Shown here: piece by piece, positions 19,358 to 30,228 of the stretch
How positions within the stretch are numbered: the first letter of the stretch is position 1
Layout: each line of letters begins with the position of its first letter
NCBI GenBank assembly: GCA_943373175.1
Contig: CALSBM010000001.1
Span: 51,298-115,297, forward strand
Length of the DNA stretch: 64,000 nucleotides
Reading direction: 5' to 3'
DNA from: Chitinophaga pinensis
Lineage (GTDB): Bacteria > Bacteroidota > Bacteroidia > UBA7662 > JAIXUI01
Translations under genes and position numbers: made by a program
Notes under the pieces: model-generated
The model's input: only the letters and a program-made list of their open reading frames with translations
The model's database searches: none
Told to the model about the DNA's origin: nothing

Positions 19358-20194
19358 ATGAAAAAGTTGCTTCGTTCATTGGCGATTCTCAGCCTCGGAC
19401 TTATTCTCACAACTGGCATCCAGTCTTGTAAAAAAGATAAAGATGACACTACTCTTGAAGACATTACGGACACAAAAGACAATGCTCTCGCTGAAGGCCA
19501 CGATACAGATGTTGAGAACATGTCTGATGAGGCTATGTCTGGAACCATGACCAACTTCCGTGAAGAAGGCGAATACTCCTTGCTTAGTGGTTGTGCAACG
19601 ATTACCAAAGACACAACCGTTACTCCTAAAATGATGACGATTGACTTTGGTTCCACCAACTGCCTTTGCAGAGATGGAAGGTATAGACGTGGAAAAGTGA
19701 TTGTAACCTGGACCGGGCAATGGAGAACCCCGGGTGCTGCTCACACTATCTCTTACAACAACTACTTTGTAAACGACAACCAATTGCTGGGTACCAAAAC
19801 CCGCCGATTTGATGGTCCTGATGGAGACGGAAATTTTTATTGGGACGTAACGGTAAATGGCAAAATGGTGCCAGCAGGTACGGCAGATACAGTACGGTGG
19901 AACGCAAACCGTCGTGTAACTTGGGTTCAAGGCTACTCAACTGCTGTTCGTTCCGACGATGTTTTTTTAATCACTGGAGGTTCAACAGGAACCGGAAGAA
20001 CCGGACTCACATGGACTACAACTATTATCAATCCTTTGCGCAAAGAAGTTGGCTGCCGCTGGATTGTTTCAGGAATTCGTGAAGTAACCCGTGCTGATAA
20101 ACCAACTCGAAGGATTGACTATGGTAACGGTGCTTGCGACAACGTAGCTAATGTAACCGTGAATGGAAATACCCGTCAGATTACCCTTTGGTAA
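19358..20194 (+). CDS. hypothetical lipoprotein
   Basis: Signal peptide with a lipobox-like GIQSC, 278 aa, followed by a clean terminator. Confidence 0.5.
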   Translation: MKKLLRSLAILSLGLILTTGIQSCKKDKDDTTLEDITDTKDNALAEGHDTDVENMSDEAMSGTMTNFREEGEYSLLSGCATITKDTTVTPKMMTIDFGSTNCLCRDGRYRRGKVIVTWTGQWRTPGAAHTISYNNYFVNDNQLLGTKTRRFDGPDGDGNFYWDVTVNGKMVPAGTADTVRWNANRRVTWVQGYSTAVRSDDVFLITGGSTGTGRTGLTWTTTIINPLRKEVGCRWIVSGIREVTRADKPTRRIDYGNGACDNVANVTVNGNTRQITLW

Positions 20195-20213
20195 CTAAGA
20201 AAACGTTAGGTAA

Positions 20214-20240
20214 AAGACCCGCTTCGGCGGGTTTTTTTGT
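20214..20240 (+). terminator. Rho-independent terminator
   Basis: GACCCGC-TTCG-GCGGGTT hairpin followed by a T7 run. Confidence 0.75.
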
Positions 20241-20296
20241 GCTTTTCGAATTCTTTTGGCACGAAAATGGCCAAGCGGTGAAAAAATTCAATAGGC

Positions 20297-21049
20297 ATGA
20301 AATTGCGATACTTTCTGATTGTTGGTTCACTTTTACTTCTTTTAGGTGCTTGCCAAAGTCCCGATATGGCTCTTAGCGATCAACGGCTTTCGCAAAGACC
20401 TGCGTGGCGAGTAAGCGGACGGCAAGGTTTTTTGTTTCGACAGCGGTTAACCTTTGGTAACTATGCTACTTCAAAGGTGAAAAGAGGATGGACCCGTTCG
20501 TATAATATTCCTTTTTTCCTTCACTTTCAAGGAGCTCGTCAGCGGTTGTCTTTTACACAATTTGGCGAAGACAGTAGTGTGGCAGAAGTTATGGCCGTCA
20601 GTAAATTTCAGAGTAAAGAACTTCCAATATTACGTGACTTCTTTCGTATTGCCTTGGACTATGAAAACTCCTTTGCGGGCGTCATTATTCCATCCGCCGA
20701 CAGTAGTCAACACTGGGAATTCCTCATGCATAGCGTTTCAGGAGCCTTGTTCAGGGAAGTGGGCGGTTTTGCAAGAAACGCTGTTGATAGCCCAATAACC
20801 ATATCACCTGTTACAAGATTCAATAAGGCCAACTCATGGTCAAGCCCCGGAGTACTAGGCTACGAGTTTATTCAGGAAGGAAAAGTACTTGGGGCTGTGG
20901 AACTTATTAACCGCGGTAAAGTTTGGATTCAACCCGACTTAGACCCACGCCAACAACTCATTGTATCTTCGCTTTGCAGCGCATTGCTTCTTTATCAAAA
21001 TGTAGAAGATGAAGTTCCTGAAAGAAGCAATAACATCCGAATATTTTAG
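20297..21049 (+). CDS. hypothetical lipoprotein
   Basis: Signal peptide with lipobox LLGAC, 250 aa. Confidence 0.45.
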   Translation: MKLRYFLIVGSLLLLLGACQSPDMALSDQRLSQRPAWRVSGRQGFLFRQRLTFGNYATSKVKRGWTRSYNIPFFLHFQGARQRLSFTQFGEDSSVAEVMAVSKFQSKELPILRDFFRIALDYENSFAGVIIPSADSSQHWEFLMHSVSGALFREVGGFARNAVDSPITISPVTRFNKANSWSSPGVLGYEFIQEGKVLGAVELINRGKVWIQPDLDPRQQLIVSSLCSALLLYQNVEDEVPERSNNIRIF

Positions 21050-21057
21050 CCCAAGAA

Positions 21058-21090
21058 AAAAGCCTGCTAATTGCAGGCTTTTTTCTTGTA
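21058..21090. terminator. bidirectional Rho-independent terminator between convergent genes
   Basis: AGCCTGC-TAAT-TGCAGGCT hairpin flanked by an A-run upstream and a T-run downstream. Confidence 0.7.
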
Positions 21091-21106
21091 TCACACTGTA
21101 GGATAG

Positions 21107-22729
21107 CTACTTGGCATAGCTTACTGCTCTTTTCTCTCGGATTACAGTAACCTTGATTTGTCCCGGGTACTGCATCTCGGTTTGAATTTTAGTTGCAATA
21201 TCTACTGCTAACGTATCTGCTTGATCGTCTGTTACTTTCTCTGATTCCACAATAACTCGTAACTCGCGGCCAGCCTGAATTGCAAATGCTTTCTCAACGC
21301 CTTTATAAGTCTGAGCCAAAGTTTCAAGCTCCTTGAGGCGTTTCATATAGCTTTCCGCCATTTCCCGCCGTGCGCCTGGGCGGGCTCCGCTGATAGCATC
21401 ACAAGCTTGAACTATGGCAGAGATTGGGTCGGTCATTTCAATCTCATCGTGGTGAGCACCAATAGCATTGCAGATGATAGGATTTTCCTTGTACTTTTCA
21501 GCGAGTTGCATACCGAGAATAGCATGAGGCAATTCTGGATTATCATCGGGCACTTTTCCTATGTCGTGGAGTAGGCCAGCGCGTTTGGCGAGTTTCGGAT
21601 TGAGCCCTAATTCTGATGCCATTGTAGCACACAAATTGGCGACTTCCCGGCTATGCTGAAGCAGGTTTTGACCATAAGATGAGCGATAACGCATTCTTCC
21701 TACCATTCGAATCAATTCTGGATGAAGGCCATGGATTCCAAGATCGATGCACGTTCGCTCTCCGATTTCCATCACTTCTTCTTCAAGCTGTTTACGAACT
21801 TTTAAAACTACCTCTTCTATTCGCGCAGGATGAATACGCCCATCCGTTACGAGACGATGAAGGGCAAGACGAGCAATTTCGCGACGAAGCGGGTCAAAAC
21901 AACTGAGAACAATGGCTTCAGGAGTATCATCCACAATTACTTCAACTCCGGTTGCAGCTTCAAGTGCACGGATGTTGCGGCCTTCGCGTCCTATAATTTG
22001 TCCTTTAACATCATCGTTTTTAATGTTGAACACTGAAATTGCATTTTCAATGGCGTGCTCTGTAGCTGTTCTCTGAATAGTTTCAACTACAATTTTTCTC
22101 GCATCCTTGTTCGCGGTTAACTTAGCCTGCTCTACTACATCCTTGATATAAGACATAGCTTGAGTCCTAGCTTGAACTTTCATCGAATCCATTAATTGCG
22201 TTTTCGCCTCTTCAACCGTCATTCCGGCTATTTTCTCTAAACGCGATAGGATGGATTGGTGCGCTTTTTCTACTTCCTCTGTTTTCTGATTCAACCCATC
22301 TTTCTGGCGGTCTAAATCATCTGCTTTCTTATTAACTTCCTCCTGCCTTTTATTGAGGTCGTCCGTAATCTTAGTGATTTCACCTTCGCGTTTCTGAGTC
22401 TGGGTATGCTTATCCACCAAACTTTGCTCTTTTTGTTTGAGCGTGTTTTCTTTTTGGATTAATACCTGGGTGCGCTTATTGTGTTCGTCGTCTTGGCGTG
22501 CTTTAAGACTGAGGAATTTTTCCTGAGCAGCCAGTTCCTTTTCCTTTCGGAAAGACTCTGCTTTAATTTCCGCCTCATTCAGGATTCTGCGGGCTTCAGC
22601 TTCAGCTAGTTCTTTTTTTCTCTCAAAATCCTTCTCTTGACCTTTTAAAACCAATTGAAGAACGTATCTGCCGATTCCTATACCGGCAGCGAGTGTGATG
22701 AGGGGGATGATAATTTCCATGAGGCCCAT
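21107..22729 (-). CDS. rny: ribonuclease Y
   Basis: N-terminal TM segment, coiled-coil, KH domain ([12 protein letters not shown]) and HD domain (HSREVANL...LLHDIGK), 540 aa. Confidence 0.9.
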   Translation of the reverse strand: MGLMEIIIPLITLAAGIGIGRYVLQLVLKGQEKDFERKKELAEAEARRILNEAEIKAESFRKEKELAAQEKFLSLKARQDDEHNKRTQVLIQKENTLKQKEQSLVDKHTQTQKREGEITKITDDLNKRQEEVNKKADDLDRQKDGLNQKTEEVEKAHQSILSRLEKIAGMTVEEAKTQLMDSMKVQARTQAMSYIKDVVEQAKLTANKDARKIVVETIQRTATEHAIENAISVFNIKNDDVKGQIIGREGRNIRALEAATGVEVIVDDTPEAIVLSCFDPLRREIARLALHRLVTDGRIHPARIEEVVLKVRKQLEEEVMEIGERTCIDLGIHGLHPELIRMVGRMRYRSSYGQNLLQHSREVANLCATMASELGLNPKLAKRAGLLHDIGKVPDDNPELPHAILGMQLAEKYKENPIICNAIGAHHDEIEMTDPISAIVQACDAISGARPGARREMAESYMKRLKELETLAQTYKGVEKAFAIQAGRELRVIVESEKVTDDQADTLAVDIATKIQTEMQYPGQIKVTVIREKRAVSYAK

Positions 22730-22772
22730 AGGCTTTGGTAGGGTTTAAAGGAGCCTTAAGGAAGGAGTTGCA

Positions 22773-23099
22773 TTATCGTACTGTTTCCTGATTTTTACAA
22801 AGTCCAATGAGCCGATCCATTTTTTCTATGATTACATCCAAGGATTCTGAATCCTGGGAAGGTTCATTCATTTGATATTGGGTTTCTACACGCTTTTTTC
22901 CTTCTGATTTTGCTTCAGCTAAAAGGTTCAAAGCAGACATTGCCAATAAATCTATGGGGTCTTGCACTTGATACCGACTTCGCAGAACGGCGAGCCTTTC
23001 TTTTAGCTCCTCGGCTGCTTGCGTTACCGCAACCTTTTCTCTTTCATTCACGGAAAGGGTATAAGGGCGTCCCAATATGTCAATGGTAAGGGTACTCAT
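22773..23099 (-). CDS. zapA: cell division protein ZapA
   Basis: 108 aa; IDILGRPYTL N-terminus typical of ZapA; conserved zapA-rny synteny. Confidence 0.7.
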   Translation of the reverse strand: MSTLTIDILGRPYTLSVNEREKVAVTQAAEELKERLAVLRSRYQVQDPIDLLAMSALNLLAEAKSEGKKRVETQYQMNEPSQDSESLDVIIEKMDRLIGLCKNQETVR

Positions 23100-23118
23100 T
23101 GGAATAAAATAACTATCA

Positions 23119-23412
23119 TCAGGTACTTAGGATAGCGATACACTTATCCAGTTCCTTAATATACTCGTGTAATTTTTTCTTGATTTCTTCGGGTGGTGTA
23201 ACTGCGTTAAAGTCAAGGTCTAAACTCAACTGTGTCCGGGGTTTTCTGGTTGCCTGAAATTGCCGCTCTTGGTCGGCAATTCTTTGGCGCAACTGAACGA
23301 GGTTATGTTGAAGCACTTTATTCTCAGAACTTAGTTGCTCCTTTTCATGAACCAATCGGTGAACTTGTTCCTCCAGTTGGTTCATTTTGTCGTTCAGGAT
23401 AGTTAAATCCAC
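23119..23412 (-). CDS. hypothetical coiled-coil protein (ZapB-like?)
   Basis: 97 aa, heptad-rich, located between pheT and zapA. Confidence 0.4.
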   Translation of the reverse strand: MDLTILNDKMNQLEEQVHRLVHEKEQLSSENKVLQHNLVQLRQRIADQERQFQATRKPRTQLSLDLDFNAVTPPEEIKKKLHEYIKELDKCIAILST

Positions 23413-23415
23413 GGG

Positions 23416-25818
23416 TTATTGTCTGATTTTCGCTTGATGTTGCCGTTCAAAGTTAGCGATTAATTTCTGCATCACCTTTTCAACTTCTGTATCTGTTAGG
23501 GTTCTTTCCGGATGCCGAAGTATAAAACTCAGTGCATAAGACTGTTGACCTTCTTCCAACCTGTCGCCTTCATAAACATCAAACAAGTTGATACTTTGTA
23601 TCAGTTGCTTTTCAGTCTGTTTAGCGGTTTTCACGAGGTCACTATAAGTCACCGTTTTATTCATCACCAAAGCAAGGTCTCTTCTTACAGCTGGAAACTT
23701 TGGAGGCTCTTGTATGGTAGAAATCGGACTTGTGGCAAGAGCCCATAAAGCATCCATTCTGAGTTCTGCAAAATAAACTTCTTGTTTTAGATCAAACCGT
23801 TTTAAATATGCCTTCGATACTTTGCCTATTCGTCCTACCGATTTCTTATTCCATTGCAACCCTACGCTGAATGTAAAAGAAGAATCATTCTCGGCAGTTG
23901 TGTGAAGTTCTCCCCAACCAAAAGCAGCACCCAGTTGTTCAATTAGTGCCTTTAATGAATAAAAGTCTGCCGCTTTGCGGGTTATTTGCCAGTTTTCCGG
24001 CTCTGTTTTTCCAGTAATCCAGAGCCCAAGCCAAGGTTCTTCAAGTAATTTTCCGGAATTGGTTAGTTGAAAGGTTCTGCCCAATTCGAAAAACTTTAAA
24101 TCGGGCATTTGCCGACGCTGGTTATAGGAAATGGCTTGAAGTCCCCCTTCCAATAAACTAATTCTCATGCTTTTAAGCCCCTCATTCAAAGGATTTAATG
24201 GCCTGATTCGCGAAGGATCATCCATGTCAGCGGAATCGAAGGAAAAGGATAATCCCATTATTTCCTGATAACCTCTGGAAGCAAAAAAACCCATTAAGCG
24301 TTCCTGCCATTCATGGCGGGTTGAACGTACAGGCCATGAAGGCGTGTAGCTCAAGCGTCCCAAATCAGGAATGTTGTTCAAACCAAATACCCTTAAAACA
24401 TCTTCAATAACATCAATTTCCCGTTTTACATCTGCTCTGTTGGTAGGAACTTCTATTTGGATTGATTCATCCTGAGAAACCGAAAGTACCTTGTAGCCAA
24501 TGCCTTGAAGTATCTCTATCACCTTGTCCGTTCCAATATTGTAACCCAGCACTTTACTAATCTTAACATTGCGGAGAGTTACTAAAACCTGTTGAGAAGG
24601 CTTTGCTTCATACAAAAGAACATTTCCTTCTACGGTTCCACCAGCGAGTTCTATAATCATGGAAGCGGCAAGCAGTAAGGTTCTCACAGGTGCTTGCGGA
24701 TCTGTACCTCTTTCAAAACGGTACGATGAATCGGTTTTTATCGCTAGAATTCTGGAAGCCTTACGAATTAAACTGGGGTTAAAGCAGGCACTTTCAAGAA
24801 ATATATCGGTTGTTTCGGAAGAAATACTGTGATTAGCGCCTCCCATAACCCCTGCAATGGCCATAGGAAACTGCTCATCGGCGATTACAGGTATTCCTTC
24901 ACTAAGAATAGGTTCATCTCCATTGAGTAGATTAATTTTCTCCCCCTGAGATGCACTTCTAATTACCAATTTATTTGATTTCCAAGTTTTTAAATCAAAA
25001 GCATGAAGTGGCTGACCGGTTTGATGAAGCAAATAATTAGTAACATCTACCAAGACATTCATGGGACGAAGACCTAAAGCAGTAAGCGCCTTTTTTAACC
25101 ATTCAGGAGATTCTATTGCCTTTGTTCCACGTATTACAAGTCCAGAGTAAACAGAACAAATGGCATTATCTACCACCTGAAGGGTTATTGATGATGCTCC
25201 GGAAGGAATTGAAAGAGCGCCTTTTAATGATTCAAAAGGAAGACCCGCTATAAACGCAAGTTCACGGGCAACTCCTTCGTGGCCCATAGCATCGGTTCTG
25301 TTTGGAGTAAGTCCGATATGGAAAACAAAGTCTGAATCAAGTTTGAGGTAAGTGGCAATAGGTTGACCAAGAGGAGCATCGTTGGGCAGCACCATGATTC
25401 CTGCATGATCTGAGCCTAATCCTAACTCATCTTCGGCGCAAATCATCCCGTTAGATTCTTCGCCTCTAATTTTCGACTTTTTGATTTCAAAAGAAGTTCC
25501 ATCAGGCAGATAAATCACAGTTCCTTCCGTTGCTACGGCAACCTTTTGACCGGCAGCAACATTGGGGGCACCGCAAACGATCTGACGTTGATTTTCTCCA
25601 TCAAGAGTAACCTGACAGACTCTTAATCGGTCGGCATTGGGATGTTGAACAGCTTCCAAAACTTGGCCTACGACAACTCCTTTCAAACCACCTTTTACGA
25701 CTTCAACTGTTTCAATTTCTTCTACTTCAAGGCCGAGGTCTGTCAGCATAGAAGCGATTTCCTCAGGATGTTGATTGAACGGGGCATACTTTTTCAGCCC
25801 TTGATACGACACCTTCAT
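23416..25818 (-). CDS. pheT: phenylalanine--tRNA ligase beta subunit
   Basis: 800 aa; tRNA-binding N-terminal domain, B3/B4 and B5 regions; C-terminal anticodon-binding-like domain. Confidence 0.85.
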   Translation of the reverse strand: MKVSYQGLKKYAPFNQHPEEIASMLTDLGLEVEEIETVEVVKGGLKGVVVGQVLEAVQHPNADRLRVCQVTLDGENQRQIVCGAPNVAAGQKVAVATEGTVIYLPDGTSFEIKKSKIRGEESNGMICAEDELGLGSDHAGIMVLPNDAPLGQPIATYLKLDSDFVFHIGLTPNRTDAMGHEGVARELAFIAGLPFESLKGALSIPSGASSITLQVVDNAICSVYSGLVIRGTKAIESPEWLKKALTALGLRPMNVLVDVTNYLLHQTGQPLHAFDLKTWKSNKLVIRSASQGEKINLLNGDEPILSEGIPVIADEQFPMAIAGVMGGANHSISSETTDIFLESACFNPSLIRKASRILAIKTDSSYRFERGTDPQAPVRTLLLAASMIIELAGGTVEGNVLLYEAKPSQQVLVTLRNVKISKVLGYNIGTDKVIEILQGIGYKVLSVSQDESIQIEVPTNRADVKREIDVIEDVLRVFGLNNIPDLGRLSYTPSWPVRSTRHEWQERLMGFFASRGYQEIMGLSFSFDSADMDDPSRIRPLNPLNEGLKSMRISLLEGGLQAISYNQRRQMPDLKFFELGRTFQLTNSGKLLEEPWLGLWITGKTEPENWQITRKAADFYSLKALIEQLGAAFGWGELHTTAENDSSFTFSVGLQWNKKSVGRIGKVSKAYLKRFDLKQEVYFAELRMDALWALATSPISTIQEPPKFPAVRRDLALVMNKTVTYSDLVKTAKQTEKQLIQSINLFDVYEGDRLEEGQQSYALSFILRHPERTLTDTEVEKVMQKLIANFERQHQAKIRQ

Positions 25819-25857
25819 AACGTCCCAAAGTTAGGCTGAAATGCGAATGAAACAGGT

Positions 25858-28800
25858 TTATTCTATTTCTTCTGTATCGCAATGGTAGTCTATTTCTTGA
25901 ACAGGGATAACAGGTTGAGCTTTGTCTCCTGCCTGTCGTGCGGCTTTCATTAGTCGAACAATTCTTCTTCTCTCCTCCAGATTTCTGATCTGCAGTTTAG
26001 CATCTTCCTCACGATTGAAAAAAGGTGTGCCTTCTATCCAAGTAATAAGTGCTTGACTTTCAATGCTTAAGGGATGTTTATCCCATAAAACCAAATCAGC
26101 ATCATAACCCGATTTGAGATAACCCATACGATGATCGAGGTGCAACAATTTAGCAGGATTTAGAGTAACTAACTTAAGTGCTTCCGTTTCGGAGAGTTTT
26201 CCATATTTCATGGCTTTTGCTGCTTCCTGATTAAGTCTTCTACCCATTTCGGCATCATCGGAATTAACAGCAGTGGTAACCCCCATTCTATGAAGAAGCG
26301 CGGCATTAAATGGAATAGCCTCCATCACTTCGTACTTATAAGCCCACCAATCAGAAAAAGTGGAAGCTCCTGCACCATGGGCTTTCAACTTATCAGCAAG
26401 CTTGTAGCCTTCGAGAATATGAGTGAAAGTATTCACTCTAAATCCCTGTTTTTCAGCTACTTTCATTAACATATTGATTTCACTTTGAACATAAGAATGG
26501 CACGTAATAAATCGCTTCTTATCCAAAATTTCTACTAATGCTTCTAAAGTCAAGTCTCTTCTTGGTCGGATTTTCAGGCTTCCATTTTGGAACAACTTCC
26601 ATTCTTGTTTATACTCATTAGCTCGGGAGAAAGCATCCATTAGCACTTGTTCAACACCCATTCTTGTTTGGGGGAAACGAACCGTCTCTCGATCTCCCCA
26701 ATTGCTTTGTTTAACGTTCTCGCCCAAGGCAAACTTGATAAATCCATCTGCATTATCAATTTTCAAATTTTCAGGACTAAAGCCCCACTTGAGTTTAACT
26801 AAAGCACTTTGTCCACCTATTGTATTAGCAGAACCGTGTAGAAGTTGAGCGGCAGTAACACCTCCGGCGAGTTGTCGGTAAACATTAATATCGTGAGGAC
26901 GAATTACGTCTCCAATTCTAACCTCAGCACCAATACTGTGAGCAGATTCATTAACACCTCTGGAAATGGCAATATGAGAATGCTCATCAATAATTCCAGG
27001 AGTTACATGCTTTCCATTTGCCTCAATAATCCTGTACTTCTGTCCTTTAGGAAACACCTTTTCTGCCGAGAGCTTCTTCCCTACATTAACTATTTTTCCA
27101 TTATAAACCGCTATATCGGTTTCTGTTAAGGGGAATGAATCCTCATTTGTCCAAACGGTGGCGTTCTTTATCAAGAAGGATTCCCGATTAGGAAGTTCTT
27201 CTCGTCCGAAATCCGTTAAAGGAAACCACAACCTTCCTGTTCCAACAACTTTAATAGTATCCGAATTAGTTTTTCGGTTTCCCTTTTCAAGGGGTGGACC
27301 TACTTTAGATAACTGAATGTACTGGCTTGATCCATCCGGCTTAAATGCATAACCTTCTAGTTTTTCTTTATTCCATTTAACGGATAGTGTACCCCAGTTC
27401 TGTAAGCTAGAATCAACTGTAGAGGGTTGTAAAACCCATGCTTCTGGTTTTGTTACAACTGAAACAACTTTACTCAGAGTATCCTTATAAATGACTTTCC
27501 ACTCAGGATCAAAACGGCTTCCACCAATACTAATTTTTAACGTGTTGAACTGGTATGTTCCCCGAATATCAACGGAATCTGTTGCTTTGAAGACTAACCG
27601 GTCATGGCCAATCCAATTCTCGAGAATTTGAGTTTTAGGTTCCTGAATAGGTCCTGTAGTAACAATGAAATAGGCTGAAGATCCCGGTTTTAAGTTACCC
27701 AATTGACTGCTTAAACCTAATTGCTGAGCAGGAGTCGTCGTCCAAGCTGCAAGCCATTTTTCAGGAGAAAGACCGGCTTTCAAAACCTTACGATTATTCT
27801 TCCAAAATACATCTGATGATTCAGTACCGAAAGCTGTTAACGCAAAGGGCAAATTCATGTTTGAAAATGCAAAGGGGTTTGAAGGAGCTAATTCCCAATG
27901 CTTAAGGTACTCTGTAGAAACATTTTCAGCATCAAGAGGATCTTCGACATCCAGCGTTGACGGAAAGGTACAAGGTAGAATATGTAGTGCTGCGCCTGCA
28001 CTACGAGTCTCAGAAATATACTGATACTCATGGCCAGAAGCCAATATCCAGGCTCTGCCACCCATTTCTTTGGCTAATTTAGAAGCTCTTAGGTTATCCC
28101 ATTTTTCTTGAGCAAGCATCACCCAAGGCAAGGAATAAGAATTTGCCAATGCTTGAAGGTTTAAATCCTGTAAAGAAGGCGAGCTTGAACTCTTCCGCCA
28201 CTCAGCATCCAACAAAGCTTGGCGTAATAGTGCGATTGCTCCCATGAGAGAGCTTGGGTAAATTTGTCGGGAAGAGCCTTTATTAAAGGAAAAGGCAGCG
28301 GCAACCTGGTGTTTCATTAGTGACTCTTCTCCTGCTGCATTTGATAAATTAACCAAAGCAGAAACCCCTCTAGCGATTCCATCTTGAGGAACAACATGAA
28401 CTACTGCAATACCCATTTGTCTCAATTTCTTTGCAACTTCAGGATCAGGTTGAAATAACGTTGCAGCGGAAAGGTGCGCTTTAAGGGCATCGTTATAACC
28501 GAAAGCACCTTGCCGTGTAGGTTCTAACTGAGGCCCTACCGATTCACCACGAACTTTGCTGGTAGAGTTTAAGGAGGAGTTTAGACCATAGGCTCCATAG
28601 AGATCAATAAAGGCAGGATAAACCCAGGCATCTGGAAAAGAAAATTGCTGTATTCCTTTTGGGTAAGACAAAGACTTGCCTACGGCTTTAACCTTACCTT
28701 CTATTACTAACAATTCACCTGGTTCATAAAAGGTAGCAGAATCTACCACGATACGAGCAGCCTTAATGAGGTAAGAAATTGAGCGTGAATCGCGTGCGCC

Positions 28801-28878
28801 ATTATCACGACGCATAGACTGAGCAAACAGCGAAGCTGAGAGCAGAAAAAGTAAAAGTGTAAGTAAGCGGTGTTTCAT
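25858..28878 (-). CDS. secreted tandem amidohydrolase-family protein
   Basis: Signal peptide; 1006 aa with two metal-dependent amidohydrolase-like halves (HSHIAISRG and HxH/D-containing segments). Confidence 0.6.
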   Translation of the reverse strand: MKHRLLTLLLFLLSASLFAQSMRRDNGARDSRSISYLIKAARIVVDSATFYEPGELLVIEGKVKAVGKSLSYPKGIQQFSFPDAWVYPAFIDLYGAYGLNSSLNSTSKVRGESVGPQLEPTRQGAFGYNDALKAHLSAATLFQPDPEVAKKLRQMGIAVVHVVPQDGIARGVSALVNLSNAAGEESLMKHQVAAAFSFNKGSSRQIYPSSLMGAIALLRQALLDAEWRKSSSSPSLQDLNLQALANSYSLPWVMLAQEKWDNLRASKLAKEMGGRAWILASGHEYQYISETRSAGAALHILPCTFPSTLDVEDPLDAENVSTEYLKHWELAPSNPFAFSNMNLPFALTAFGTESSDVFWKNNRKVLKAGLSPEKWLAAWTTTPAQQLGLSSQLGNLKPGSSAYFIVTTGPIQEPKTQILENWIGHDRLVFKATDSVDIRGTYQFNTLKISIGGSRFDPEWKVIYKDTLSKVVSVVTKPEAWVLQPSTVDSSLQNWGTLSVKWNKEKLEGYAFKPDGSSQYIQLSKVGPPLEKGNRKTNSDTIKVVGTGRLWFPLTDFGREELPNRESFLIKNATVWTNEDSFPLTETDIAVYNGKIVNVGKKLSAEKVFPKGQKYRIIEANGKHVTPGIIDEHSHIAISRGVNESAHSIGAEVRIGDVIRPHDINVYRQLAGGVTAAQLLHGSANTIGGQSALVKLKWGFSPENLKIDNADGFIKFALGENVKQSNWGDRETVRFPQTRMGVEQVLMDAFSRANEYKQEWKLFQNGSLKIRPRRDLTLEALVEILDKKRFITCHSYVQSEINMLMKVAEKQGFRVNTFTHILEGYKLADKLKAHGAGASTFSDWWAYKYEVMEAIPFNAALLHRMGVTTAVNSDDAEMGRRLNQEAAKAMKYGKLSETEALKLVTLNPAKLLHLDHRMGYLKSGYDADLVLWDKHPLSIESQALITWIEGTPFFNREEDAKLQIRNLEERRRIVRLMKAARQAGDKAQPVIPVQEIDYHCDTEEIE

Positions 28879-28880
28879 CG

Positions 28881-29435
28881 TTAGTAACTAAAGCAACGTC
28901 CGTAAATCAGTTGTGAGAATTGCCAGGATTGGTATTGGTAATCAGAAGGAGGTTCGGTAAGATAAATTATGTGCGCCTTTTTTCTGGCAGATTGCTTCTT
29001 TATTTTTCTAACTAAAGGGATATCCGAACGGGTTAAACGGAGGAAGCCTAAAATTCCCTTCGAGTGCCCTTCAACCACCCCTTGAAATTGCAGACATTCT
29101 GTATCCGCAGGATTAGCTGTAAAACGAACCAATTTCCAGTCGGCAGACGAATTAATCAACACCTTAGGAGTTATTAACTCTACCCTGCCTGAAGAGTATT
29201 TAACCTCATGAACACAGCTTCTCAAGATGGTAAAAGCATACATCCTACCGGGGAGAGAATAATGTAAAAAGCGATTGTCGATATTCATAATGCTTCCCCT
29301 TAAGATAGTGCCATCCAGCTTAACAATTCGGTCTAATTGCTCTTGAGCATGAGCCTCGTTTATCCAAAAACAGATAACAAGCAAAACGGAAAAACAACGA
29401 CTTCTCATAGTTCCACGTGGAACATGGCTAAACAT
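28881..29435 (-). CDS. hypothetical secreted protein
   Basis: Likely starts at the internal MRSRCFSVLLVICFW signal peptide at about 29408; no recognisable domain. Confidence 0.35.
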   Translation of the reverse strand: MFSHVPRGTMRSRCFSVLLVICFWINEAHAQEQLDRIVKLDGTILRGSIMNIDNRFLHYSLPGRMYAFTILRSCVHEVKYSSGRVELITPKVLINSSADWKLVRFTANPADTECLQFQGVVEGHSKGILGFLRLTRSDIPLVRKIKKQSARKKAHIIYLTEPPSDYQYQSWQFSQLIYGRCFSY

Positions 29436-29830
29436 TGCTCTTCCAGCAGAGACATCTGTTTCTTCAATTCAGGTGTAGTGTCCTCGTAACCACAAAGATG
29501 AAGTACTCCATGCGCTAGAATTCTAAGCAACTCCTGAAAAAAGTCAACTTGGTAGTGTGTTGCGTTGTCCTTAACTCTATCTAAGCTAATAAAAACATCT
29601 CCGCCGATAACATTAGGGCGTTCCTCGGAGGGAAAAGTAATAATGTCAGTAAAGAAATCGTGCTGCAAATATTTTTGATTCATACTAAGTAAAAACTGGT
29701 CAGAACATAGGATAAAATTAACATCGCCTACTTTCTTATCATGAAAGACCGCTATTGCTTTAATCCATTTTTTAATTGCTAATTTATGTTCCACGTGGAA
29801 CTTCACATCTTCCAAATGAAATAGTATCAT
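29405..29830 (-). CDS. ybeY: endoribonuclease YbeY (rRNA maturation factor)
   Basis: HGVLHLCGYED zinc-binding H3xH5xH motif, 141 aa. Confidence 0.85.
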   Translation of the reverse strand: MILFHLEDVKFHVEHKLAIKKWIKAIAVFHDKKVGDVNFILCSDQFLLSMNQKYLQHDFFTDIITFPSEERPNVIGGDVFISLDRVKDNATHYQVDFFQELLRILAHGVLHLCGYEDTTPELKKQMSLLEEQCLAMFHVEL

Positions 29831-30228
29831 ACATCTAATTTTAAATGACAGCGAAGGTTTTTACTATCATGTTCGTATTCTACCGCAACACAGTACTTCT
29901 TCAATAAAAAAACTCCTCTCCCTCCTTCACGTTGCAATAAATCTATCTGGGTAGGGTCAGACACTTCATTAAATTCAAACCCTTTTCCTTCGTCCTGAAT
30001 GTTCAATTCAACATCAGGATAATTGAGTGTCCAGTTTAGCCACACTTTCTTACCCTCTTCGTTTCGGTTTCCGTGTTTGATTGCATTAGCAATTGCTTCA
30101 CTTAACACCAATCTTAATGCAAATTTTGCCTTGTCTGATAAAGGATGTGTTTCTTCTACTGATTGAATAAACTGATCGAGAAGAGGCCAATCCTTTAGTC
30201 CATGTTCAAAAACGATTTGCCCCGTCAC
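29827..30228 (-). CDS. RsbW/SpoIIAB-like anti-sigma factor serine kinase (HATPase_c_2)
   Basis: LSEAIANAIKHG N-box and GRGVFLL G-box, 133 aa. Confidence 0.55.
   Translation of the reverse strand: MTGQIVFEHGLKDWPLLDQFIQSVEETHPLSDKAKFALRLVLSEAIANAIKHGNRNEEGKKVWLNWTLNYPDVELNIQDEGKGFEFNEVSDPTQIDLLQREGGRGVFLLKKYCVAVEYEHDSKNLRCHLKLDV

Noticed and set aside
19327-19940. Three minus-strand ORFs (110, 184, 64 aa) overlapping the 19358..20194 lipoprotein gene
   Set aside because: No signal or motif; the plus-strand gene has a signal peptide and lipobox and is followed by a terminator, so the antisense ORFs are taken as spurious.
26845-27129. 94-aa plus-strand ORF inside the amidohydrolase gene
   Set aside because: Antisense to a 1006-aa gene with clear domain content; no independent support.
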